64,000 nucleotides of DNA, taken from assembly GCA_030704615.1 (NCBI GenBank), contig CM060733.1:54250001-54314000 (forward strand), in the 5' to 3' direction. This DNA is from Takakia lepidozioides (taxonomy: Eukaryota > Plantae > Bryophyta). The notes under the pieces are model-generated. The model saw only the letters and a list, made by a program, of their open reading frames with translations, was not told the origin of the DNA and did not search any database. A program made the translations under genes and the position numbers. Shown here one piece after another: positions 49,153-60,060 of the stretch (positions are counted from its first letter, which is position 1; every line of letters begins with the position of its first letter).

Positions 49153-49685
49153 ATGAGCCCGTGACCCCACTGCAGCTGCATCCAGCAACACTGCTGACCC
49201 AAGCCACGACCGGACTTGATGCACACTGGCCATCACCCTGGCCCGAGAATCACCCATCAGTGGCACATTCTCCAAGATGTATGCCGGAGATACAGCCTGA
49301 TGAAGCTGCAAGTGGCGCAAAATCCGCACCATCTCCCAAAACAGACCCATCTTCGAGTCTCGCAATCCATTGCCATGCCCAGCTGATGAATGCCCTTGGC
49401 AGGGCCAACCTGCCACTACCAGATCAATGGAGCCAACCCGCTCCAAATCCTGCGCCCCCAGCAACGCAATGTCTGCTGGCAAGGCCTGCTGATATCCACG
49501 AACTGCAGACACCGGCAACAACTCAGGGTGCTGCTGCACCATCTGAGCAACATGGCGCAGTGAGACGCATCGTGCAGTCTCATCCCTCTCCACATACAGG
49601 TAACGTCGAACTCGTACACCTGCCTGCAGCACTGCAGCCAATCCAGTGCTGATCCCGCCAATAAGTCCAGAAGGCATATGCCTTC
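49153..49685 (-). pseudogene. DNMT3-like DNA (cytosine-5) methyltransferase domain, truncated
   Basis: Motif I LLDL(F)GGISTG (1-bp frameshift ~49661), II YLYVERD, III DI, IV IDLVVAGWPCQG, LFWEMVRIL, VI YILENV, VIII start LLDAAAVGSRAH. Confidence 0.93.
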
Positions 49686-52634
49686 ATCCGGCCGCTGCCA
49701 CACAAGAGGTGTGGTGTCCAATGGCAACAACTGAGGTTTCCCTGGTGCAATCACCGCACTCTCCTCCTCTCCTGACGGTACAAAAGCTTCTAACCAAGCT
49801 TGTTGCACCCGTCTATCAGCAGCTTGCTGCAAATCCTTGCTCGTACCCCGCAATGGAGTGTGAGCAGCCATGGCAGACAACTCCACCGTACCATGCATGT
49901 CATCCTGCTCTGCTGGAGGTGGCACATCCTCTACATGGGCATTGCCTTCCAGCAACTCTCCAGGCCAACTAACTGCAGCTGTGAAGGCAGCTAGTGTTGG
50001 TATCTTGCCCCGCTGGGCAGCTGCAATACCCCCAATGAATGTCACAGGGAGCTGTGCACGGCGACCATCCCCTGACTGCCATCCAGGCCTGTAGAATGCT
50101 GACTCCTCCCAGAAGTCCAGGGTGAAGCCCATGGGGTATAACACTGCTCCACTAACGAGGACATCGTAAGAGACCGCGTCTGTCACAATGGCTTTGGCTC
50201 GCATCACTGAGCCATCTACAGGATGATCCGGCTGCAGTCTAATAGCCAACTGATGCCGTGTCATGCCCCGCGCCTGCTCTAATCCTCCCAGAGATGTCTG
50301 TATCTGGAAAGGACAAGGCTCCATATCCGCCTCCATGAGGCCCAAACCTGCAATAGCAGCTCTGCCCAACATCAGTGGCTGGGCTCCCGAGTCCAACAAG
50401 ACCCGCAGTGGCCGGTACTTCTTGCCTGCCGGTCCACTCAAAGTGAAAATGCCTCCCTGGTTGTCTAACAAGACAATTCCAGGTGTCACCGTGGCGCGCT
50501 CAAAGGCTGGCCTAGCTGGCAGCTCCGTCAATCTGGCAGCTGCAGCTTGCCAGGGTGTTGCCGTGGCAGTCTTGACCCTCAAATCCGAGGATCCCTCTGC
50601 CACTACACCTTCCACTAACTCCGCAGAAGATGAAGTGACCTCCCCACTCTCACAGAGTGTTGCCGCTAGTCTGAACACTGCAGCTGGTCTCACTCCCGGC
50701 GTCGCAATCATGGTTGCCGAGAACAGTGGGGCTTGACACACAGAGGTGGCTGCCCCCAACAACACACCGGCTGCACTAGCCTTGGTGGCAGGTGTCAGTG
50801 CTGCACGTGTAGCTCTCCCCAATGGCATAGTAATGTCCGCCTCGGTAACAGTCGGGCGAGAACTAGGTGCCATGGATGGCGTTGACACTGTCTCCGCCAA
50901 GGTGAACGACTGAGGCAGCCTTGCCTGACGGCTTGCCTCCCCACGTTGTGGATCCAACTCCACCTCTGCACCTCGTGGCTCAGGAACTCGTGCTGCTCCT
51001 CGAGTCACGGCTGCAGCAGACTCCACCTGCTCTAGTGGTAGTGCTGCTCCGCACATGAATCCCATGCCTCCCATATCTCCTCCCTCAGGAGCAGGAGGTG
51101 GACCATCCCGCCTGGGAGCCGGTACCGCCTGAGCTATAGCCATGGCAGTGAGCCTCTGCTCTAGCTGCTGAAGCCGATTGGCCATGCCTTGGTCAACACC
51201 CTGACCTCCGCGTCCTTGGCCATGTGGAGCTTGCCCTTGGCCTGCACCTCGTGCCCGACCACCTCGTCCTCTTTGGGCTGGTCCACCTCGCCCCCGGCCA
51301 CCATTGTTCCCTTGGAACTGGCCTGGGCGCAACTCAGGATGCAAGTCATAACATTGGGCATCTCCATGCCCATACTTGCCACAATGCCCACACTGCAACT
51401 GTGCAGGCTGTGCTTGTGCCGGCCTTTTGCCACTCTCTGGGCAATCTCTCTTGACATGGGGTCCTCCACATGTCCAACATATCACCCCTGGTTGCTGTTG
51501 GCCTGCAAAAGATGACACGGGCCTCTGCACCTGAGGTCCCCTGTAAGCTCCATGGAACTTGGGCTGGACAACCTTGCCCCCCTGACCACGCTGTTGGGCA
51601 GTCCCTTGTGCCTGTGGGCTGACAGCTGTGCCCCGTACAGGCATGTCCTTGCCAAATCCAATTGTAACAACTCGCTCCTCCACCATGTTGAGCTCAATCC
51701 GCTCAGCCAGCAGAAACACATCTGCTAATGTGGGTTGGGCTGCTTGTAACAGGGTTGCATCTCGCACCCTTCTCTTGAGCTCCTTGTCCAGAATTCCATA
51801 CCAAAACTGGATTGCCTGAGCTTCAGTAACCCCTTGGGTCACACTTATCAAGCGCCTCATACGAGTGTACGCCTCTCGCAGGCTCTCACTGGGTTTGCGC
51901 TGGAAGTCTTGCAAACTTCGCAGCTTCTCTGTCCGTACACCTTGGTAGTTCCTCCGCAACTCCTGGAAGAACTCCACCACCGGGTTGAATCTAAGCACAT
52001 GTGTTGTAGTCGTGGCAGGAGGAGTAGTAGCACCTTTTGAACTGGTACCACCTGCAGAAGTACCAGCACTACTTGCTCCACTACTAGTGTTGGCAGTGGG
52101 AGCTATTGGTACTGATGCAGCTACTGGTCGCGTCGTGCCTCGAGTAATGGAGACGTAGTCAGGTGACCAATACATCCTCCACTCCTCAATCTCTGCTTCA
52201 TGTCCTCGCCTGAACTCGTGGTAATCGTCCATAGGCGGGCCTTCCAAATGCTGGAACAGTCCCTTCCACGCCATGAATGGGGTGAATAGCTGTGGATTGC
52301 GCATCTACTGCAAATCACACCAGCTGTCGAACTCCTGGATAAAGTCATCCAACTCGATTGTGCCCACAGCTCTAGAGTACCTACGAGGTTCCTTGGTAGC
52401 TCCATACATCTCCTCCATGTCGTCCCACAACAATGGCGAATGAAAGTGCACACCTGTTGATGAAGCCTCCGAGTCTGTGTTTGACTCTACAGTAATTGAG
52501 GGTGGCGGTGAAGGTGGTCTGAACCGAATACCTCGTCTTGTGAACCCACTCTCACTGTTACTACCTGTAGCCGTACTCCCCTCAAAACCCTTGGGTAACT
52601 CCGTAATGACACTCACAATGTGCACCTCCTCCAC
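49685..52634 (-). pseudogene. Gypsy gag-protease leading into the MTase
   Basis: LQDFQRKPSESLREAYTRM capsid motif, knuckles CWTCGGPHVKRDC and CGHCGKYGHGDAQC, protease LLDSGA..YDVLVSG; one in-frame TAG at 52305-52307. Confidence 0.92.
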
Positions 52635-53153
52635 GTGACACTATAAGGCTCTAGTACTAATCTAAGAGTGACACGGGTGGGCACCTGTTGCAGTTTAAGG
52701 GTCATATCCCAATGGCTCAGGGCACCTGCACCTGCATCCACCGCAAGAACTCCTATGGTTGGCTGGTCATCAACCCAGCCTCACCATAGAAGAAACACTG
52801 GTGGTCTTGCTGGTCATCACTCCAGCCTCACCACCGACAGCATACTCTAGGATTGACCGGTGATCAAATCCGGCCTAATCCCTATGAAAGCAAGCGCCCA
52901 CACAAAACCAACATGGCGCACAGTCAAGCATGCAGGTGTTGGGGGGGATCCAAACACAAGAAATCAAAACATCAACACCCCCACACCAAAATCCAGCTGC
53001 AATGCTGATCCTGCAGAATAGCCCAGCCCAAAACCCTGGACTGACTGGCCTCCACCAAGAGAGGCTTTGGCAACTACAAGTACAAGGTAATGAAAATAGT
53101 ACAGAGATGGAGGGGAAGAATAGAAGCCCGACCAAGCAAGATCTAATCCTGAT

Positions 53154-53903
53154 CTATGCTATCAACTGCCAGACTTCTCTCAAAGTCCCTCGCTCTGCAT
53201 GATGGTAAGGTGTAGGAGGTATATCTATGTCCAAAAACCTGCCACTAACCTTGTCCCAAGCTACAGTAGCTCGCTCTAACCAACCCTCCTCCTCTTTCTG
53301 CCAGGTAGAGACAAAGCAATACTCCCCTATCTCCCGCTCACTGAACACTAAAGAAAACAAAGGTAGGGTCTGATAGTCTCTCAACTCGAAAGCTTTGAGA
53401 CGGTTGCGGGTGTCCTCATTGCAAATGACTGCATCTCCTTCACGCACAACAAACATGTCATTGCTGATGAACCCCCGCTCGTGGTTGCCCTGTGCAGAGC
53501 GTATCCGGCTGCAACCATGTCTGATTGCACAAACCTGTGTAGCTCCTGCTCCTCTGCTCCAGTACACCACGGCCTTGTGGCTAAACACCTTGGTCCCCGG
53601 GGCTGTCTTTGGCTGTGTTCCAAGCCTAACTTTCACCCACTTTGGTATTTCACCTACAGCTGCAGAACTGCTGGCTCCAACAGAGTTCTGACTATCCAAG
53701 GCGATATTGAGGCCCTCAATGCCAACTACAGCAGTCTGTTGTCTACTGCTAATGCCTGACTCCCAGTATGCAATCAACTCGTCCAACTGTTCTCCACTCA
53801 AATCAGTCTGAGTTCCTTGGGAAACATAAATCTTGTCCCCTTGTGTGCACAGACTAAGAGAAGAGACCTGCCCTTCAATTACGTCCTCATTTCCCCCAGC
53901 CAT
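53154..53903 (-). CDS. Extra ORF (249 aa) upstream of gag in the MTase element
   Basis: Intact ATG-to-stop ORF between PBS and gag; family not recognised. Confidence 0.55.
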   Translation of the reverse strand: MAGGNEDVIEGQVSSLSLCTQGDKIYVSQGTQTDLSGEQLDELIAYWESGISSRQQTAVVGIEGLNIALDSQNSVGASSSAAVGEIPKWVKVRLGTQPKTAPGTKVFSHKAVVYWSRGAGATQVCAIRHGCSRIRSAQGNHERGFISNDMFVVREGDAVICNEDTRNRLKAFELRDYQTLPLFSLVFSEREIGEYCFVSTWQKEEEGWLERATVAWDKVSGRFLDIDIPPTPYHHAERGTLREVWQLIA

Positions 53904-54664
53904 GCAAGGAGTACATCCACCAATTTGTCTCTCATACAGACCAGCACAGGTTCTAGAAACAGAATTGTGGATCTTTCATGGCACACTCACACTCTAAAAA
54001 TTCCATAGATTTTTAGCAGAGTCCTAAAAACAAAAACCAGGTCTAGATTGGTAGATTTCCCCTTTCTGCAGCTATCCCCTCAAAAACTGGGTCAAACAGA
54101 GTCCATTTGACAAAGATATGACCAGCCAGGCTATTTAAACATAACATTTTTCTTTTTTTTTAATAATAAATTTTTAACACCAAAACGTTCTCGCCATTAC
54201 AACCTGTTCCCAGGTTATCTACGGGTTCCCGAGGCCGTTCCCCCCCACAGGACCTCGCCAGTGAGATTCATAGTCCCTTGGGAGGCATTGAACAGTCTTT
54301 AACCAGCCAAGGGATAGATCCGGCACGGACTGTCAACTCAGCCTCTTCAGTGTAGGTGATTAGAGGATCTGTTGTAGCTGTCATGGAGGTGACAGAGGAG
54401 ACTCAAGGAGCAGATGGAGTAAAAGAACAGGTGAGTGTATCACAAGCATCTGCAGATGGCGTGGTTATGGACTCTCACCATCAGTTTGACCATTCTGGAA
54501 GTTCTGGGGGTTCTCTAAGGGATGCAGCGCTCCACTCTCAAGTGCCTGTGGTAGACACTGTATCAGAGGTGTATTCGCCTCCCAGCATAAACACACAGGG
54601 CTTTCTTGCTAGCGACACAAGGACAAGCACGGCACCCACAACATCCGCAAGGCTTGATCTTATA

Positions 54665-54790
54665 GCTCCTTGAGTGATCTTTCCGCTTTGGCAATGTGCC
54701 CAGGATACCACTGGACAAGTCTCGTAGACTTGGTAAGGTAGTCTATGTCACCATCCAAACTTTCCCACTTCTTCTGTACTTCCGCAATAG
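54665..54790 (-). pseudogene. Captured fragment of RbgA/YlqF-family (DAR) GTPase
   Basis: LDGDIDYLTKSTRLVQWYPGHIAKAERSLKE; QWYPGH is the family's N-terminal signature. Confidence 0.85.
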
Positions 54791-55459
54791 CTGCCACAGC
54801 TCTCACCACCGTTGTGGGCTGAGGCCGGGACGCGATGGAAAGGGGAGCATGAGAAGATCGCCACGCTTGCAACCCTATTGTTGGTTCCTGAGGCCCAAAT
54901 ACCTAAGTATGGATGGCACTACACACAGCCCAGTGACCTGCGCTTCAAGCTGGCCCCCTTAATGAGACCGGACTCCCCAATGGTGCAGCACGGACGACAT
55001 GCGATTCAGGACGTGTATAACTAGATAACTGTAAGTCTTCTTGCGGGCCTGACCCTCAAACCACATGAGCTGCTACTTCTCTTCCTGCAAACCACTACTT
55101 TGGAGTGCATCTGCCGCTCTGCAGCAGCCCCCGACATCGAGTTGCCTAACACTGCAACCCAGCTCGCAATTTACCGCTACGTTCTGGGCAGACAATCTCT
55201 TCAGGATGCAGTTTGTGGACAGTGTATCTCCGATGGCATTCACCTCTCAGAGAAACGCCGTCTCTGGATTGATTCACCTCCCCTGCCTTGCGCTGGCTCC
55301 CGCTCCCTCACAAGCGAGTGTTGATCTTGAAGACGTCTCTCCCGAAACAGAGAGGCCCCACATGACTTGTACACCTGATTATTCCCTACTTCCTGCTCAA
55401 GCGGCCACAAATTCGGTTATGGCTTGCAGGGTTTGGTTGCTGTCGCAGCATCCTCGTCA

Positions 55460-55855
<396 letters not shown>

Positions 55856-58604
55856 TCAAACTCACGCGCAGAGACGACACTAAATCTGCGCGCACAGCCC
55901 ATGGCAACAGCAGGGCCAGATGGACTCCTGCCCCAAAATATATATTATAATAGTGCTAAAAACAAACATTGTATCTAGCTTAGCACCAGCACACTAGATA
56001 ACGCTCATCTTTCTCGAGTGATAAGAAAACTAGAAAACACACTGCTCACACCAGAAACAACATGAATCCATCGCTATCACCCTTTAAAACAGAAGTCGAG
56101 CCAGGGGCACCCCAAGCTATGAGGACTCTACCCCACAACAACCTACACTCCCATCATAAGCACACTCAAATCTAAACGCATGAAGGAGCTCGGTCGCGCA
56201 GGCTCAACTCGAGAAAGATGAGCCGCGCGACTGCCGCTCTCGTGAAGATAAGACGGACCAGGTGTCAAACTAAACTTGACACCTGATTTAACACTTGACC
56301 TAAATCCAAGTGTTAAATACAAATAACTAGTTTTATTCTAGCTGTTTTCACACTGTGCTTATTTAACTTGACACTATAAATAAACTCTTAACCCCTTGTT
56401 TCCATGACTTCCAACCTCCCAGCACTCAAACATCGAGGAGAACAAGAACAGCTGCTACTCTGGGTGATGCGCCATTCATGATGAAGCCAAAACTAAATCC
56501 ACACGTTTCCCCCCTTCAGCTGCAGCTCGTGTTCAATCACGACAACAATAGGATACCTATTCAGCTCCTAGTCAGTCATTACAAGCAGCCACAACAACTA
56601 AATATCAAAATGACACAAACAGCTACTACACCTAATGGAAACCCATCTTTAAGGAACCAAAAGAAAGCGTACGGATTAATTTCCCCTACTTCAGTTCATG
56701 GTTAATTGCTGCAGAGGTCTGAGCCTTTTCACCAAGCATATAACAGCGTCCACAAAATCATTGACCTAACGTGGAGATGCTACAAGTTAGTGACTGACAA
56801 AATACCCAAAGACATGTACTAGACATCAGGGGCCAGCAGTTACACCCCAATGAGCATCATCACCAGATACCTCAAACAGCTACTAGCTCCGTGTTTAATT
56901 ACCATATCTCCAGCACCAACATTCCAAATGGTAGCCTCCTCCCCACAGTCTTCAATCACATCATCTCCATCCAGCCTCCTTCATCTCCACTCTCTCTCTT
57001 CCATATTCCCCAAGCCACTACCAGGAAAAAATAAAAGGTGCTCCAAGCATGAAGCCCCAAACCTGAGTTATAAGTTAGATAGTCTTATCTTTGCACTTCG
57101 AGTCTCCGAGTATCCTTTGGGAGTTGTCAACACTGCAGTTAAGGCCTGAATGGATGGGCTTCATTCGCTTTCTTTCCCCTGTGACATGCACCACAACTAC
57201 GTGGACAACAACGTGTGCTTGCGAAGGGGGAATGGGTTTCCTTGGAGAGGGCCAGGGAGAGGAGCCCAGCTTTCATTCAAACGATTAAGGAGTGTTGTAC
57301 CTACACCGATGCTAGAGATCTGGATTTGTCAATGGGCACAGGTTCGTCTCTTCAACATTCACATTTGATCGGGTTTGTTTGAGCTTGCACTTTCAGCACT
57401 TCCCACCATTCCAAATGAGTCTTCAATGTTTGTTTCCTTCCTTCTATTCCATTGCAGGTGCTTCGTACCACGCTTGTAAAGCCAGTGTGCGACATCTCTT
57501 CGGGATTGAAGGGGATGTTGAAATTTACAAGAACCTCCCGATGGGTTTGGGAGGACACACTTCTCAAGTCCTTCTGAAGCCCTTCCCGGTGATATTGATA
57601 CAGGGGAGACGTTCGACAAGGAGCTGGACTCCGACTTTGCCTGTGAGTAAGTTCAAGTTGTGGATGCTTGCATTCTTGTTTCAATACCCATAATCACTGT
57701 TCTTAAGGCAAAGTGCACATGGGAGACATCCTCTTCATTGGACTTGTGCATTGCATCATTGTATTCAAAATGGGTTTTTGTTGACTTGTGCAGGAGTCCG
57801 TGTGCTTCCACTGACCCTCCAGGGCTATCACACCTTTTTGGACTTCTTTCAAGTCCTCCTCAGTCTTACATGCTACCCGTCTATGTGGAGGCACTCGCAG
57901 CAAGCATGTCTATTCATGGCACTCGCAGTTCAACCATTGACAGCCGTGGTAGAAGACGTGGTGTTGGGGCCGGAATCTTTGTGGATGACATAGGACATGA
58001 GGTCGATTCTGATTCTGATGACTGTAACACTTGATATCAAGTTTTCTCTTACTTTTGTTCGAGGCCAATTTTGAAATGGGATGGTTGTGTGTCCTTATTG
58101 TCCTGTTTGCAATGTATGCGCGGGATGCAAATTCCTGGGAACAAACTATCGTTGGAGATGGGAAGCGCAATGTCTTTTCAAACGTATTCGTGTTCTTCTC
58201 AACCCAAGCTTCCTCATCAAATCTCGTTTCTTACGTGCGGTACGGTGGGGGTTCCACGAAGTACATTCTTCTTCAGGGAGTCTACCTCCTTGGATCAGAG
58301 GAGCGCAAATCTGCTGCTTCCGCACGTCCTGTGTTATGCCTCGACTACGTCTTTCCTGCAACAGAGAACCAGTTCAAGACCCCAGACGCACACGTCCTGA
58401 CAACTCTTTTCAAGAAGCCCTTGGAACTCGTGCTGCATGGCACAAAAATTGAGCTCAGTGATAGACAAACGTCTTTGGTTTGGGCAGAGCATTCTCGCAT
58501 CATTTGCTCGTTGGTCTCCAAACCATTCCTGCCAGAAGAATGCTTAGTAAATCCATCACGTTAAAGTCTACGTGATCAAAGATCGTTCAGGCATTCTTCT
58601 GGCC

Positions 58605-58715
58605 GTGAGCATCTATGATGCTCCCGCACATACCATACATGCTCGCAAGGGTGGTGAGTAAGAAAATATGTCGCAGGGATCTGCTTTGGATGATGTGAGG
58701 GTGCACTTGCTCACG
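58605..58715 (-). pseudogene. PLS-class PPR fragment
   Basis: EQVHPHIIQS..IFLLTTLASMYGMCGSIIDAH, similar to the 15900-16010 PPR. Confidence 0.75.
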
Positions 58716-59153
58716 ACGTAGCCACATTCCAATGCAAGGGCTTGGTATGTTAATAATGTCTAAATGGATGCAATGGATAGAAAAGATGGATACAATGGAT
58801 GTAACACATCCAGTCTGCACTCCCTGGAAAGGGCTGATCATCCCGCGGTAATAGGTGACACCCGCGGAAATAGGCCCTGTATGCATGCTGACGTGGCGTG
58901 AGCCTGTGCTGGGCTCACGGGCTCCTGGGCTCACAGGCTCACGCCTCCGGGCTCACGGAATAACACCCCCCAACACACGATAGGCAACAGAGAAAAGAGA
59001 AAAGAGCAAATGGGGTCTGAGGAGATCGGCGAGTGCCATGGCATGCCCTAAATCCGGACGGTTTGGATAAAACCGGATCTGGATGGGCAGAAGAGCGCCA
59101 CGTAGGTCTGGGTCTGCTGTGCCGGTCTGGGGTGGTCTGCCAGACGACATGTG

Positions 59154-59419
59154 CCACCAACGGGCAGACTGAGCTTGGGCAGACCCGATGGCGGGCGGAC
59201 CCAGCGGCAAGGGCGGGCGGGCTGGGCAGCGTGTAGGGAGGGCCGCGGGCGGCTGCAAGGCTGCCGACCGCAATGCGCGGCTGGCAGGTGGGGGTGTGCG
59301 GGGCGGGGCGGGGGAGGACGACCCCGCGTCGGTGCGCGCCCTATCCCACACGTGCGAACTCCCAATTATTCAAAAATGAGAGCCCATCTCAAAATTGAAA
59401 TGGCCATTTCAATACTGAA
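59154..59419 (-). repeat. Right terminal inverted repeat
   Basis: Reverse complement of 304-578, with indels. Confidence 0.9.
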
Positions 59420-60060
59420 TCTGAATTTGAATACTATACCATTTCTATTTTATTATTATTTTATTATTAAATGTAACAATTACAGAGGTGTCTTAACAAA
59501 GAGGAGAGTAGGTATTCAATAACAAATAACAAATAACACTCTTTTTGTCATCTTAGTGTATATTTTTACAGAGTAAGAGAACCATAATATTTAGGATGAT
59601 ATAACAAAAAAAGAGGTAACATTTATCCAGGTTTGACTGTATATAATGCTTTTATTATTTTTAAAAAGTGGACCCAAAACCCTTGGGCCGCCCTTAAGCC
59701 GATAACATCGATAAGCCGGCCTCTCAGTAGAAGCCCCAAATTCCGCAATGTGGTGGTGGGTTCAATCTCCGTACTCCTCATTGCAACATTGAGGGATAGT
59801 GGGTTATTCATTGGACCGAGTAAGGTTCGGATCCACCACGTCAGAACCCGAACCGGTGGAGAAAGTCAAGGGTAGGATATTTTGTCAAGGCGTTTCTTCT
59901 GCTCTGAAGATTCATACCCCGGTGCTTCTTTTCACCGTCTTCTTAGTTCGCTGTAGGCGATCCTCTTTTTGGGTGTTGATTATCTCTGTTTTGCCACAGC
60001 AATCTGATTTTTCTCTCTCACCTCGGTGCTCTTCGGTGTTTGTGAGAGGAAGAAGGAGAT

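Larger units (their letters stand above)
46640..54350 (-). mobile_element. Ty3/Gypsy retrotransposon with C5-methyltransferase and PHD finger; rearranged, RT/RNase H missing
   Basis: PBS-like TGGCGAGGTCCTGTGGGG (54243-54260), extra ORF, gag-pro-MTase, integrase-PHD, PPT AGGGGGGCGAT then TG at 46733; both LTRs appear truncated. Confidence 0.9.

Noticed and set aside
49153-49685. Bacterial restriction-modification methylase or contamination
   Set aside because: The domain follows a Gypsy gag-protease frame, has DNMT3-like motif context, and has no prokaryotic gene neighbourhood.
54791-54798. CTGCCACA as the outer end of the MTase element's 5' LTR
   Set aside because: It adjoins the GTPase fragment, and neighbouring bases do not match the 3' LTR start at 46733.
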